A stretch of 64,000 nt of DNA from the human T2T-CHM13v2.0 reference genome, Homo sapiens: the NCBI RefSeq assembly GCF_009914755.1, contig NC_060926.1; one strand, written 5' to 3'. The translations under genes were made by a program, and so were the position numbers. The notes beneath the pieces were generated by a model. That model saw only the letters and a program-made list of their open reading frames with translations, searched no databases and was not told where the DNA came from. The stretch's first letter is position 1; every line of letters starts with the position of its first letter. Below are positions 1-15,295 of this stretch, one piece after another.

Positions 1-215
1 CTAGCAGACTGAAGTTTTCAAAATAAATTGGGCAAGCCTTAGGCGTTACTAAAATGTTGTGAGATAAGGAGTGCACTTGTGCCCCAATTTGAACTCTGTT
101 AAAAAAATTTTTAAAAATCAAAAATAAAACAAAAACCTTGCATCAAAGTGTTAATATGTAAGCCTGTACATTTGAGCTCCACAGTCTTTACACATATTAA
201 ATCAACAATCAGTCA

Positions 216-514
<299 letters not shown>

Positions 515-585
515 TCAATGAGTTCCTTATTATTTCTGTAGGACCAAAAATTGATTTCAGAAAATTAAAGTCTGATGCATGTGTG

Positions 586-870
586 TATTATTATTATTAT
601 TATTTTGCAAGGTCTCGTTTTGTCACCCAGGCTGGAGTGCGGTGGCACAATCCTGGCTGACCGCAGCCTCAACCACCCAGGCTCAAGAGATCCTCCCACC
701 TAAACCTCCTGAATAGCTAGAACTACCAGCATGAGCCACCATGACTGGTTAATATTTTTATTTTTTGTAGACACAGGGTCTCACTATGTTGCCAGGCTGG
801 TCTCTAACTCCTGAAGTCAGGAGATCCTTTCACTTTGGCCTCCCAAAGTGCTGGGATTACAGGCATGAGC
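586..870 (-). mobile_element. Alu (AluJ-like)
   Basis: Diverged Alu with a (TAA)n tail. Confidence 0.9.
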
Positions 871-1118
871 AACAAGTCTGATATCTTTTAAAACCTTATT
901 ATAAATACTGAAGTATAAATATGGTAATTTCTCATATTTCGAAGCTTAAAATTTTAAAACACTTTGGATCATAGATTCAGAGGGCTGTGAAGGAGTCAAG
1001 AAGTTACAAGTTTGTGGCAATGGTTTTCTTACTTTTTAATTTTAATAAACAGGCCCCTTACTAGAGAAACAGAAAAGTATGTGGGTATCTTAACTGGTAT
1101 AGAGTGAGCAGAGATTCA

Positions 1119-1451
<333 letters not shown>

Positions 1452-1499
1452 TTACTCATCATAGAATCCTGTGCCTGCCACGCAATAGAACCTCAATTA

Positions 1500-1830
1500 G
1501 CTGGGCGTGCTGGAGTGTGCCTGTAGTCCCAGCCACTCAGGAGGCTGAGGCAGGAGGATCACTTGAGCCCGGGAGTTCTGGGGCTGTAGTGCACTATGCT
1601 AATCTGGTGTCCACACTAAGTTCGGCATCAATATGTTGACCTTCTGGGAGTGGGAGACCACCAGGTTGCCTAAGGAGAGGTGAACCAGCCCAGGTTGGAA
1701 ATGGAGCAGGTCAAAAACTCCCATGCTGATCAGCAGTGGGATCACACTGCATGCACTCCAGCCCGGGCAACATAGCGAGACCCTGTCTCTATTTAAAAAA
1801 CAAACAAACAAACAACAACAACAACAAAAA
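1500..1830 (+). pseudogene. 7SL (SRP) RNA retrocopy (RN7SL pseudogene)
   Basis: Alu-domain ends plus the S-domain (ctaagttcggcatcaatatg...ccaccaggttgcctaaggag...ggagcaggtcaaaa), an A/CAA-rich tail, and an approximate TSD aacctcaatta / accctcagtta. Confidence 0.93.
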
Positions 1831-1839
1831 ACCCTCAGT

Positions 1840-2750
1840 TAATTTGTAGAACTGAGCTGTGTAGGAAAGCTTTGGAATTAGACATGCCTCAATTTGAATC
1901 CCAGTTCTGCCAATTACCAGCTAGGTGATCTTGGTTAACTTATTAGAATACTCTGTTTTTCTCATTTTCAAAATGGGAAATGGTATTATAATTATAAAGT
2001 TAACATAATATACAAGTGTTATAATACCTTAGAGGAGTAAATAAGATAGCACATGAAAGCACGTAGCATTTCACAAGGACCTACTTCAGCAAATGACAAT
2101 CTTTTAAATTACTCTACCAAAGGGTTTTCCCATTTAAAAAAATTAATCAAATATACATCTCTTTAACTTTCAGTCAGCTTTGACCAACATGAAATGACTG
2201 AGGATAATGCTCTGAGTTAGTGAAATTCCAACCACAGGCAAAAAACCAAAAAAAAAAAAAAACTCCAAAAAACAAAAAACAGACTTTTTAGTTAGCTTGC
2301 TAAGCCTTTCTATAGGTAAACGTATTATTAGATTTTTAAAAAACAATGAGAGTAGCTTCTGGACCCTTTTTTGCCACTTTCCTTGGCCCCTAGAAGTCGG
2401 AGGGTCCAAGGCTGAGCAATGTTCCTGCTTTGGCTTCTAGATCGGACAGGTCTAAATCAACCTTAATATATCTTTGGAGCATGTGTTTAGAGAGAGGGAG
2501 CACTGCAGAGTGAAAAAGCATGATCTTTGGAACCAGACAAGGTTAGGTCTAAATTCTGTCTTCTGTTTACTTGCTGTGTGACCCTGAGCAAGTTCCTTAA
2601 CTTCTCCTGAGTTTTAGTTTTAGCTTCTGTAAAATGGGAATAAGATCTGCCTTACAGAGTTGTCATGAGAATTGAATGAGATATTGATAAAGTCCCAGCA
2701 CACTGCCTGGCACATTGCAGGCATCCAATTAAATGGTGGTTGTTATTTGC
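1840..2750 (+). mobile_element. MIR relics (two, at ~1840-2100 and ~2490-2750)
   Basis: MIR core (tttgaatcccagttctgcc; gctgtgtgaccctgagcaagttccttaac...tctgtaaaatggg). Confidence 0.7.
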
Positions 2751-3348
2751 ATGAGTTTTGGGGATCCAGCAAAATTTGAGCATTTATCTTAACATAAAAG
2801 TGGTTATTGGTTTTAAGATTAGGATTCATTTTCATGCCACAAAGATTCAAATATGAGTAAATGTGGCATTTCTATTTTGTAGAAAGTTTATGAAAAAAAG
2901 CTGCTATGTATTAAGAACAGGAGGCAGGAGCTCTGAGTTCTAACAACTTGCTTATTCCTTCATCTGTGCATTCAGTCAACATTACTAAGTGCATAAGCAC
3001 TGTCATATGCACTGGAGATATCATGAATAAGAGTGGTGCCTGTCCCCAAGATGCTCAGTGACTGTAGGACTGTGGGAGGAACAAATATTCAGAATTCCAT
3101 AGAAGATGTGACAGTTGAGCCAGGCATTAAAAAATAAGTAGAGTTTCACCACATAGATAAGATTACTACTTCAGGCAGACAGAGCAGTTTGGAGGGAAAG
3201 TCTGCAGGTAAAACCCAGAATGGTGCATGGGAAGAACTGCAGCTTGAAGGAGTGGGGAAGAGCAAGATGAAGTCAGGCAGGTGGAAAGAGGCCTAATATG
3301 CCAGGCTAGGGAGTTTGGGTGTTATCCTGCAGGAAATGAGAGTCCTTC

Positions 3349-3674
<326 letters not shown>

Positions 3675-5043
3675 TAAGGAGAGTAGTGTCATGATCAGAT
3701 TTGGTTTTAGATTTCCTGATAAACACAATCATAGGGCTGGTATGGTAAAGTTGAGGAGACATTACTACAACAAGAAAGCGCACAGTGAGATTGCTATCCT
3801 ACTTGATCTGGGCATTACATTTCTATTAATATGTGCTTATCGTCTCCTAGGACTACCCAGATGTTTTTCCCTGAAAAACAGCACAGAATTATATACTAGT
3901 GAACTTTTTGAAAAGTACATGTTGGAGAAGGGTGTGTGTGCGCATGTGTAAAATGTATTTGGATCTGGCATTTCAGCTTGTTAGGAGATTCTTTTGAAAT
4001 GTGATTGTATCATCAATCAAATTAGTTCTCCCTCTCAGCTTTCTATCATTTTCAAATGTGGCAACAATGACTTATAATGCTGTTTAAATATAGATAGACC
4101 ATTCATCGCCTACAGCATGAAGTTCAAACTCTTTATAATAATCTATTATTTAAAAGACTGATAACTTCCGACGCCAGTCTTTTCAGCTCATCTCAACCCA
4201 TTCTCTTCTACACACCTTATATTTTAATGACACAAAACTACTTTTGGTTCTGTTCAGGCCTTATATTTTTAAATGTCTATATCTTTACCCATGCTGTTCC
4301 ATCTGTTGAAAGCCTATCCTACCCTCTAGGCAGGATTCATCACCTATTTTCATCTTTTACATAGCTGTATTACAGTCTTATCATAAGGAATTGTGGTTAC
4401 CTTAAATTTGTCTCCTCTGCTAGATGGCTGGAAGGGCAAGGACTTAATCTTATTTATCTTTTTCGTCCTGGAGTGTCAAAGCATAGTGGATGACATATTG
4501 TTGTAGCTAATTAAATTGTTGACTTTACAGAACAAAATCATAGCGTACTAAAAATACAGAGCGTATCTTCTGCTGCTCTGCTTTGTAAAGTACTGAACAA
4601 TCAACAGTTAAATCTCCAGCCTTCTTTAGCAAGGGCTTATTGACCACTGGGAGCAATAGTTTTTAGGATAGCACAAATTTTGACTCTTAATAAGCTCTCA
4701 TTCTTTTTAGGAAAACTATTGAAGCAAAGTCCTAAAACTTCTACTTTCTCGAGTGGTCATTTTAGTATTTCTAGGTATTAATGAATCAAGCATTTAAAAA
4801 TAATTTTTAAATGTGCATATAACTTTAATATCAAATATTTTTCTCTTTTAGGCTATAATATTGAGCAGTGTCTCTAATGTACTTTGAATTAGAATATAAA
4901 TAACTCAAGATCAGGAACTAAAAACCTTTAAAAATGAATCAATAATACTTTTCTGCCAGCCAAATATAGTGCTATTAGAGTTCTGAAAAATTAAAGACAA
5001 AGTCATTCTTGGTTGATTATTGTTTTTAAAAGTCTACATTTTT

Positions 5044-5357
5044 GGCCGGACGCAGTGGCTCACACCTGTAATCCCAGCACTTGGGGAGGCCGAGGCGGGC
5101 AGATCATGAGGTCAGGAGATCGAGACCATCCTGGCTAACACAGTGAAACCCCGTCTCTACTAAACACACACACACACAAAAAGAAAAATTAACCGGGCAT
5201 GGTGGCAGGTGCCTGTAGTCCCAGCTACCGGGAGGCTGAGGCAAGAGAATGGTGTGAACCTAGGGGGCAGAGCTTGCAGTGAGCCAAGATCGTGCCACTG
5301 CACTCCAGCCTGGGTGACAGAGCGAGACTCCGTCTCAAAAAAATAAAAAATAAAAAG
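5044..5357 (+). mobile_element. AluY with (CA)n in the linker
   Basis: AluY diagnostics (gagaccatcctggctaacac); TSD aaaagtctac. Confidence 0.9.
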
Positions 5358-7137
5358 TCTACCTTTTTAATGTAGCTGAGTGCTAAAGACTTAGGTCTGT
5401 GGAACAATATATACATTGTGATTGTACATCTTACTAGATTAAAAAGCTCTTTTCAGACAAGAATGTTCAGCTGTGGAATATGTTTAGATAATGCATGTTG
5501 ATAAGATAAATTTCCAAATGTCTTTGGCTTTTCATAGAATATATGTTCCATGCTGTCCTACGATTTGTATCTTGTTTTCAGGTGTTCCAGCCTGTCTTGA
5601 CTTGGGTTAAGATGATGACACACTGATGCCTAGCCTCACTTTCAGAAAGATGTAAATCTGTCAGAATACATTTAAATGTTGAGGTTAAACTTATATTTAA
5701 ACACATTTTTCTAGGGCTTGAATATTTTTAAGTGCGTAAACACTGGGGAAAAAAGATTTTTAGGATGATTCTTAGAATGGCCTCATAACTATTTAGTTTT
5801 GCTTTTTGATTTAAAACCCCCAAATTAACAGTCTCTTAAAACTAGAATAAAGATATATACCCATAACAAGTTAGTGTTAATTACACTTATAAAATACAGT
5901 AGTTCAGTCTCCTGATACATCTTTTCTATGACCAAAATCTAACATATTACATGCTAACCAATTTACAAGGTAAACTCTTCTGTTTGCCGCTTTGTTTTCT
6001 GCCTCCATGCCTACTTTGCTATGCAAAAGCTTTATGTCAATTTACTTTTTGAGCCGTTTAAGACCAAACCAAATTATTCCTTCAGCACATTTTAAACAAT
6101 CCCTTAAAGACCTCTTTTTCTTGGCTATGTTTCCAATCTTGGCTTATCACTATAATATTTCATGCTCCATGCTTCTGAAAAAATTCAATATTCAAGAACA
6201 AAGTAATCCAGAGCTTTACTTCATTTCAGTCTTTTTATGTCCTAGGGCTGTCCCAACTCAATGACCCAGTTTTTATTGTGTCACATCTCACTGTCTGTTG
6301 CTGACTGCGACCAGCTTGCCTAATCCTTTTCCCGTCCCTTATCAGTTTTCCCTTAATTCAAAAATCTTTTTTTTATTCTTTCCAGTTCTCCTTTCACAGC
6401 TTTTAGATTTTTTTTTTCTCTTGAGACTCAGTATTCCTGTGGTAACTACTCAGAAATACAAAGACAAATGGGTAACTAAAGTCCACAAATCTGTCCTTGT
6501 CAAAATATTCATTGTACTATTTTTAGAATTGTGCGTGGTGAATAGTAGAAAGTGGATGTTTTAATTTGGCAATATGCCCTTAAAAATGTCCATACTCTAG
6601 GACCCAGCAATTTCACTTCCAGGAATCTGGCTTATTAATTAAAAGGAATCATCTGAGATATGGAAAAAGCTATATGCATGAGATGTTCGTTACAATGTTA
6701 TGTATAAAAGAAAAAGGAAATAACACAAATATCTAATGATAGGAGAGAAGTTAAATAAATTATGGCCCATCTACTTGATGAAATAACACACAATCACTTA
6801 AGATGATGATTGTGTAACTATGTAGAAACATAGGTAAATACTTTTAATGTTTTCAGAAAAGCAGGGTGCACAATTATAAGTGCTTATGATCACAACTGTG
6901 TTTTTAAAAAACTATTTGCAAAGTAAAAACATCAAAGAAACATGACATTTGCTAATAGTTGTTATTTTAAGATGGTGGAATTGTAGATTTTTCTTTACTC
7001 TCAAATCTTGTGATCCTATTCCTTTAGAGTTTTTAAAAACTATAATCTTAATTCAAGTAAAGAATCATTAGGTAGGTTATGTCAAATAAAACTTAGATTA
7101 TTTCAGATAGAGCTCTATTTAAGTCTAATAATCTAAT

Positions 7138-7300
7138 GGCTGGGTGTGGTGGCTCACGCCTGTAATCCCAGTACCTTAGGAGGCTGAGGCAGAATGATCA
7201 CTTGAGGCTAGGAGTTCAAGACCTATGATTGTGCCACTGCACTCCAGCCTTCGTGACAGAGCAAGACCCAGTCTCTAAAAGACAACAACAAAATAATAAT
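7138..7300 (+). mobile_element. Alu monomer (FLAM/FRAM-like)
   Basis: Single-arm Alu; TSD taataatctaat. Confidence 0.8.
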
Positions 7301-8423
7301 CTAATAACTGTGGGTGTGGGGGAGATAAGAAAGGCGGTGAGTATTTCATTGTGTTTACTCTTATAGGTCATCTCTGAAAAGATGAATTAGAAAAAAGACC
7401 CTCCTAATATCTGTTTTAAAATACAAATTATCTTTAAAACACTATAGTAGGTTCTATTCAAGTTTATTTTATTGCCACTGACTTTATCCAGGCCAGCTTG
7501 TTCTCGCCTAACTTACTTAATCACATTCCTCCTGGTATCTCTGCCTCTGGTCCAAACCTTTCAATCCATTTTTCACATTGTCTTCAAAGAGATCTTTCTG
7601 AAACCTAATTCTGATTGTGATACTCCACTGTTTAAACAGTTCAGGGATTCAGAATAGAGTTCTGAAAAATTAAAGACAGAATATATTCAAAGCTTTAGCC
7701 AGGCTTGCTAGCACCTTCCAAGTTTCTCTGCCTTATTCTGCACCATTTCTTCTCATGTACCCTTCCCACTAGCCTCAACAAACTAGTTGTAGTAGTTGAA
7801 ACAGAACTCACAGTCACTATTTTTTGTTCTTAACACTGAACTTAATACCCACTCATTCTTTAAATCTCAGTGTCACTTTCTTTGGGAAGGCTTTCCAGAT
7901 TCGTCATTCATTTAGATGTCTCTTCTCTGTAATCCTACAGGGCCCCACCACACTGCTATCACTGATTTGCTTATCTGCCTTTTCTACCAGACAGTGAACT
8001 TTTTGCTTGCATAGGCAAGTGGGATTGAGTGCGTATTCATTTAACCTGAATACTGCCTACCCCCCTCAGACAATGTGGAGCACAGTGAATGCTAAATGGT
8101 CTTGATGTAGGGTTAATGCGCTAATCCTGGGATACTAAGTGCTAGGAACAAAGAGGGAAGATGCGCTGGAAGCCAAGGGCCTGTTACCTGTCAGGTACTT
8201 AGCAGGTAGAAACTCAGTGAAACTCATTCAACACACTTCCCTCATAAAGTTACGCTTTTTTACTTTGTCTTAAGGTTGTACAAATGTTTTACCTCCCACA
8301 TCATATCCCTGAGAACTAGGAGCATGTCTTGTCTATGAACCTTTGACTACTCCTTACATATACTAGTCATTCAAGTGTATGTTAAAGTAATAAGTTTCAA
8401 TGTTTTAAAACAATTTTGATTTA

Positions 8424-9185
<762 letters not shown>

Positions 9186-10560
9186 TTAAGGATGGATAAA
9201 TATATTCAAATAAAATGAAAGACTGCCTAACCCCCAAATGTGCTGACATGTTAATATCTCCTCTACCTTGATTTTCATATACTTATATAGGGAACCAGGT
9301 ATATTCCAATAGAAAATATTGGTTCAGCCTAACACAAAAAACCATGGTTTTGTTGTTCAGATGAAAAACAAACAAATGACTTGGTCATGGTCTCAATTTA
9401 CTATCTTTTTTCCCCCACTGTTACTATATCTGCATTTTAAGCAATATGTTTATTACAGCAAAATTACTTGAAATTTTTGATAAATCAATTTTCTCAAACT
9501 TTTTACAGTTTAAAAATTTTTTTATGGTTATGACTGACATTTTGTTATTAATCTCTTAATTTTAAAGTTTAAATGTACCAGAAGTTCTGCTATTTAAAAT
9601 AAAACTCTGGAAACAATCTTGAAATAGAAAAGTCTCCATCATCCCCTAATTTATCTGCTTTGTAGATTTAATTTTATTTTATATTTTCTTATAGAATCAC
9701 CTACCTAGTCCTATCTGGGAAACAAATGCAAACAAATATGTTTTAGACAACTATTCAAACAGAATTCTATTTTAAATTCCAAATTATTAAGAGTAAAACT
9801 GGTGACTACTTTGGCATGAGAAAGATTAATCAGCCACTGCATGGAGGGAGAAATATTTGGCTGAACTTTATATATAATCATAAAGAGCAGAAATAATAAA
9901 ATTAGCATAGTTTGGTCAGGAAGAATCAAGAATGAGTGGGAAGTAAAGACATTTTTTGAAGTTCAGCCAAACAACAATGAATAAGGCAAAACCTGGGAAT
10001 CCTAAGATAAGCATGAATTGTAGAAAAAGAAAATTGAAAAGAGCAGTTTTTAATGCAGCTACAACTGTCCCTTAGTAAAATACATTATGAAGGCCCATTT
10101 CCCTATAGAAAAAAAGAAAACCTGTAATGAACATATCATATCCATTAAGACAGTCCAACAGTCACTTAAATATAATGTTCAGATACACCCAAGCAACTTT
10201 GTTCTTAACCAATTCTCCTAAGATAGATTTCTCCTATTAGCAAGGGAGCATGCTCATTTAGGATCATGAGTATAGTCCCTTTGGCCATCTTAGCTCTCAT
10301 ATGTATTAAGAGGCGCTCTGGTTTCCAAATCAAGCCTCACGTGAATTTAATGGGTATGAAGCAGTTCTTTGGTGAACAAGAACCTAGTAGATGCAATCAC
10401 AAGTGCTAATTTAAAATGCCTACTACAGTGCCCACTACATAGAAAGTTCTCTAGGATTTGTTTTCCTTCCTTCTCTTGCAACTCTGTAATAAAAAACACA
10501 AATCTATAGCCCAAAATAATTGCACAAGACAAGGATGATTTGCTGCTGATACCTTAAATA

Positions 10561-10574
10561 TTTAATAATTTATT
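10561..10574 (-). terminator. Probable TMEM17 polyadenylation signals (AATAAA followed by ATTAAA)
   Basis: Plus-strand tttatt at 10569-10574 and tttaat at 10561-10566, about 960 nt downstream of the stop codon. Confidence 0.7.
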
Positions 10575-10701
10575 GTAAAAGCATTTTGTATACCACCATT
10601 ACAAATACTGAATATGGTTTTATGAAAGTTATAATTTTATAACAAAAATATTTCCTAAATACCAAGGCAATCCACCTGTTTTCTTCTTCATCTCAGTATA
10701 A

Positions 10702-11074
<373 letters not shown>

Positions 11075-11530
11075 GGTCTCTTGGTTTACAAATATAGACA
11101 AATACATAGGAACACTGACTGGTATTTCCATGTCAAGAAACATGGTCATATGTACAGACAAGACATGGATAACCAACAAGTTTTAAAGAAATGTATACAT
11201 CTCTAGTTAAAGATTCTAACCAGAAATGCTACGAGAGAGCTGGCAAATGACAACCACCAATACATAGATTTCTACACTCCTGAAAAAGACAACAACATCA
11301 AAAAAAATTAAGAAATTTGGCATCAGGTGGACAACATCTAGGTTTTAGGGTTAATATACTGTTTCATATACTGTACAAAGTTTCATCATTGCCCCCAACC
11401 TTGGAATTTCAGAGTGAGAGCATATACAATTCAAAACACTTGCTTTGTCCCTTTTCTCAGAGCTCTGATATTTTCCTAACTCTTACAGTCTCTAGAATGA
11501 TCTGTCAGATTTTCACTCAACAACACTGGA

Positions 11531-11809
11531 TCAGATCTCTTCTATACATGACCTCATCCTTCTCATGTCTCCTCTGTTTGCAGAGAGCCGGTCAAAGTCT
11601 TGGAGGTGGAAACGAACTGCCAACTGATTAACCATTTTCCTTAAGGTAAGAAATGCTGCAACAACTTGGAAAGCAAGGAAGAGAGTGAAGATGATATGTA
11701 TCGCTTTTTCCAAGGGCAGATTTGTTAGGCCTTCATTAAAGAGCAAGAAAAGAATTAAAGGTAACTGCAATAGAAGGCTCAAAAGCCAAAAGCCAGCCAA
11801 CTCAGGAAC
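11531..11809 (-). CDS. TMEM17: TMEM17 coding exon 4 (VPELAGFWLLSLLLQLP...RSCIEEI*)
   Basis: Acceptor TTGCAG|GTT; matches ORF 11531..11821; two TM segments; TGA stop. Confidence 0.97.
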   Translation of the reverse strand, partial: VPELAGFWLLSLLLQLPLILFLLFNEGLTNLPLEKAIHIIFTLFLAFQVVAAFLTLRKMVNQLAVRFHLQDFDRLSANRGDMRRMRSCIEEI

Positions 11810-12758
11810 CTGCAATGACACATATCAAGAGTAATAAAAATCAGTAAAATACAGTTTCTGTTTATACAGATAAACAAGTACTTATCACTACCGTGAACCT
11901 ACATTATGGGCTCTGTGAGTGATTCCAAAGGAGGATGACATGGTCCTTGTCCTCAGAGAACTTACAGTCTAGATGAGAAAACTAATTCATGTAAAACAAT
12001 CCTAGAATACTACACTTTAGTGAACAATTAAGTGCAATATTTAGAAGTACAGACTAAATGCTACAAGAAATAAGGGAGTGATTAGGGTAGGTGAAAGAAA
12101 GACCTCAGGGAGGTAGGCTTTTTAAGTTGTGGAGAAGAAGGAAGAGGCAAAAAGGTAAGTAAGCAAACACGTGAAATTAGCATGATTGGGAATCAGCACA
12201 TCAGCCTGGAATGGATGGCTGAGTGAGAAAACAGCAAAACCTACAGTAAGACAGGCTGGGTGGGGCCTTATTATGAAGGGCCTAGAAAACCACGGGAATC
12301 TTTAGGCATTATCCCTATACTCTGGTAACCACAAATGCTTAGGCAGCATGATGATGCAGAAAACATGGGCCTGGCATAGGAAATGAATTCATAATTTTCC
12401 CCCATTTTCTTATTCAGGATCCAAATACACATGTTTAAGTAACCATGTATTTTCAAGACTGATAAGAAGAGGGAAAATATCAATTTTAAGTGTTTACTAC
12501 ATTCATATACTTTACATAAATCATTTCACTTAATCACAACAAACCTGTGAAGTAAATATTATTTTCCTCATTTTATATATGAGGAAACCAGGGCTCAAGA
12601 GATTAAGCAAACAGACCACAGTGACAGAAGTGGTAAAGCTGGAGTCAGGCTTTAAATTCAGGCCTGTGCTCTTTCTGCCACACCTCACTGCCTTTTACTT
12701 GTTATGAAAACTGATTTCATTTATATCTATCACTGAGAGAAAGGAAAAAAGAGCTTAC

Positions 12759-12872
12759 CTTCTCCTGTAGGTTACCCACGTAGCCCAGATACAACCGGAT
12801 GGCTTCAATTAAGGTTATTAGGATGATAACAGTGATCACAATGAATTTGTAGTAGTCAGGCAAGATTGAATA
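12759..12872 (-). CDS. TMEM17: TMEM17 coding exon 3 (YSILPDYYKFIVITVIILITLIEAIRLYLGYVGNLQEK)
   Basis: Acceptor TTTTCTTTTAG|TAT, donor AAG|GTAAGC; 114 nt; encodes a hydrophobic TM segment. The preceding intron is only 141 nt. Confidence 0.96.
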
Positions 12873-13013
12873 CTAAAAGAAAAGCCAAAACATGTTTGTA
12901 AAATCTCATGTATAGTAACATTGATTTAAGATAGAAAAAAATTATTAAGAACTTGAATTTTATTGACACTCTAACAACGTCAGGGCAGCAAAAGTATTAA
13001 AGCTTAGATTTAC

Positions 13014-13117
13014 CTTCATGTGAAGCATCATAATGCTGCTCACCCACCACAGTGGGAAATAGTAGGTATTAAAATAAAGTGACATCTGCAGTGCCAAACT
13101 GGAGACCATTTCATTTT
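13014..13117 (-). CDS. TMEM17: TMEM17 coding exon 2 (ENEMVSSLALQMSLYFNTYYFPLWWVSSIMMLHMK)
   Basis: Acceptor ..TTCTGTAG|AAAAT, donor AAG|GTAAAT; 104 nt, restores phase 0. Confidence 0.96.
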
Positions 13118-15018
13118 CTACAGAAGGAACAGAAAAGGAACAAATGATGAATCTTGGGTTTATGCCCTATATATATATATCCTATTCCCTAGAATTAATA
13201 ACTATAATATTGGCTCAGTAAAACACCAAATTTTAAGCCTATTTATAATCATTGACAGTAAAAGGAATATTCATCCTAATACCAGTTAGGTCAAATATTG
13301 GCTATTTGGGGGTACGTTTCATATTTTTCAATTATTTTACCATTTTGCCATTACAGTCTTCTGACTTTTTGGCATATACTACTGGTATAGATTTAATGTA
13401 GAATATCAATATAAATCCTATTCAACAGATAATTATCATTGCCTCTTTTGTAGAATTCTATGTAAATAGCATATAAAATTAATGCATAAAATAAATAAAA
13501 ATGAATCTCCCAAAGATAAACTAATCTTATACAAAAACGGATTACCAAGGTTATAATTAGACACATCTCTCTTTTCAGCATACCCTAATCTTAGCCATTC
13601 TTTAAAGTCCAATTCAGTGTCATCTTTTCCATCAATACTTCCTTCATCAGTTCCCCCACCTCAGCAGAAATACCTTTCCCCTTTAGGTACTTATCACTCT
13701 AAACTGTCAATAAGAAGTGCTAGCAAAGAACCACACTCCCCTCCCCAAAAAACAGTCTGGTGTACTGAACAGATCATGGGCTTCAGAGTTCAAGCAAATC
13801 CGAGCTCCCCAAACCGCTGTGACCCTGGATGTCAGACTTGACATGAATTATTTAAACTCTTTGAGCTTCTATTTCTTCATCTGTAAAATAGTGAAATTAA
13901 AACTTCCTCACAGGCTGTTTGTGAGAATTAGAGCCAATATAAATTATTTCATCCTAGCACTGTGCCTGGCACACTTAGTAGGCACTCAACAAATATTAGT
14001 CCTCTTTCCTTCTTCTCTTCTACTTATCTACAGGCTCATTGCAAGCACACACCATGTCCTACCCTAATTTGAGACCCTCATAGAATCTAGCATCTTGCTT
14101 TCCACGCAGTGAATATCAAATACACATAAGAATGAATTAATGAAAGTATACTGTCATAAGGACATTACTAGCATAGCCATTTGTGATACATGAGTTCCAT
14201 TTACCTAAGGTTGATTCCATAACACTTTCTGCTTTTATGTAAGAGAGCAGGGTCCTAAATTAAGAATTTGATTTTTAAAATTGAGCCCTACAAAATACAT
14301 CCTAAATTTGACTAAATTCTTAAGAGCAGACACATATATTGAAATCAGTTGCTGTACACGTAAGATTTTAAAGGCTCTAAAATAAATGTCTTAAAAACAT
14401 TATTTTCTCCTTTTCTCCATAGCTGAGTGTTTTTATCTGTCACTTAATTATTTTAAAATATAAGAAATAGTCATGGTCTCTCACAGCAAAATAGTTTCTT
14501 TTAGCTCCAAGAATATGCCTGATTATTATGATCTACTTTTGCTTGCAACTGTTTATTAAATTACCACTGATAAAGGAATGAATTCTTAAAATCTGTTAAA
14601 TCTGAAGACAACTCACCAGCCTAGGATCTTTTCGATAGCAACAGTACAAAGCTGCGGACATGGTAATGACATAAACTTGTTATTACAGTACAAATAATCA
14701 AACCTACTTCCAATCCACAAAGAAGAAAATTTGGGAAAGAATAATAAATTGGGCAAGCTGAACATTTCAGTACCTTTGAGAAGAAACTGTAGTCAAATTT
14801 TGCAAAGAATGGTTTTCATGTTAGAAGTATTGTGTGTTAACATCTTAAAGGTTATGCTATGTCCATATTTCAGCAGATCAAACTTATAATCATGGAAATG
14901 AAAATCAAATTAATATGTAAATGAACCTTAAAAGCGTAAGACATAAACTTACTAAATTTTGCAAAAGTTCAAGTTGAGTTCTGTAAATGGAATTTAAATT
15001 AAAACATACAATATAAAT

Positions 15019-15295
15019 CAGGGATAGGTAAACAACTGGCCAGCTGCCTGTTTTTGTACAGTCAATGAGCTAAAAATGTTTTTTCACGTTTAAATGGTTA
15101 AAAAAGTAATATTTTTTCCACACGTGAAATCCATATGAAATACAAATTTCAGTGTCCATAAAGTTTTATTGGAACACAGCCCTGCCTATTCAATAACTAT
15201 TGTCAATGGCTGCCGTGGAGACCATATGGCCTACAAAGTCTAAAATATTTACTATCTGGTCCTTTTCAGAAAACGTCTTTTTACCTTGTATTATC
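15019..15295. mobile_element. MER58-type hAT-Charlie DNA transposon in TMEM17 intron 1
   Basis: aaagttttattggaacacagcc...aaaatatttactatctggtccttttcagaaaa. Confidence 0.75.

Noticed and set aside
1500-1790. Functional 7SL RNA gene
   Set aside because: Many substitutions with CpG decay, an internal deletion near the 3' end, an A-rich tail and a TSD indicate a retrocopy.
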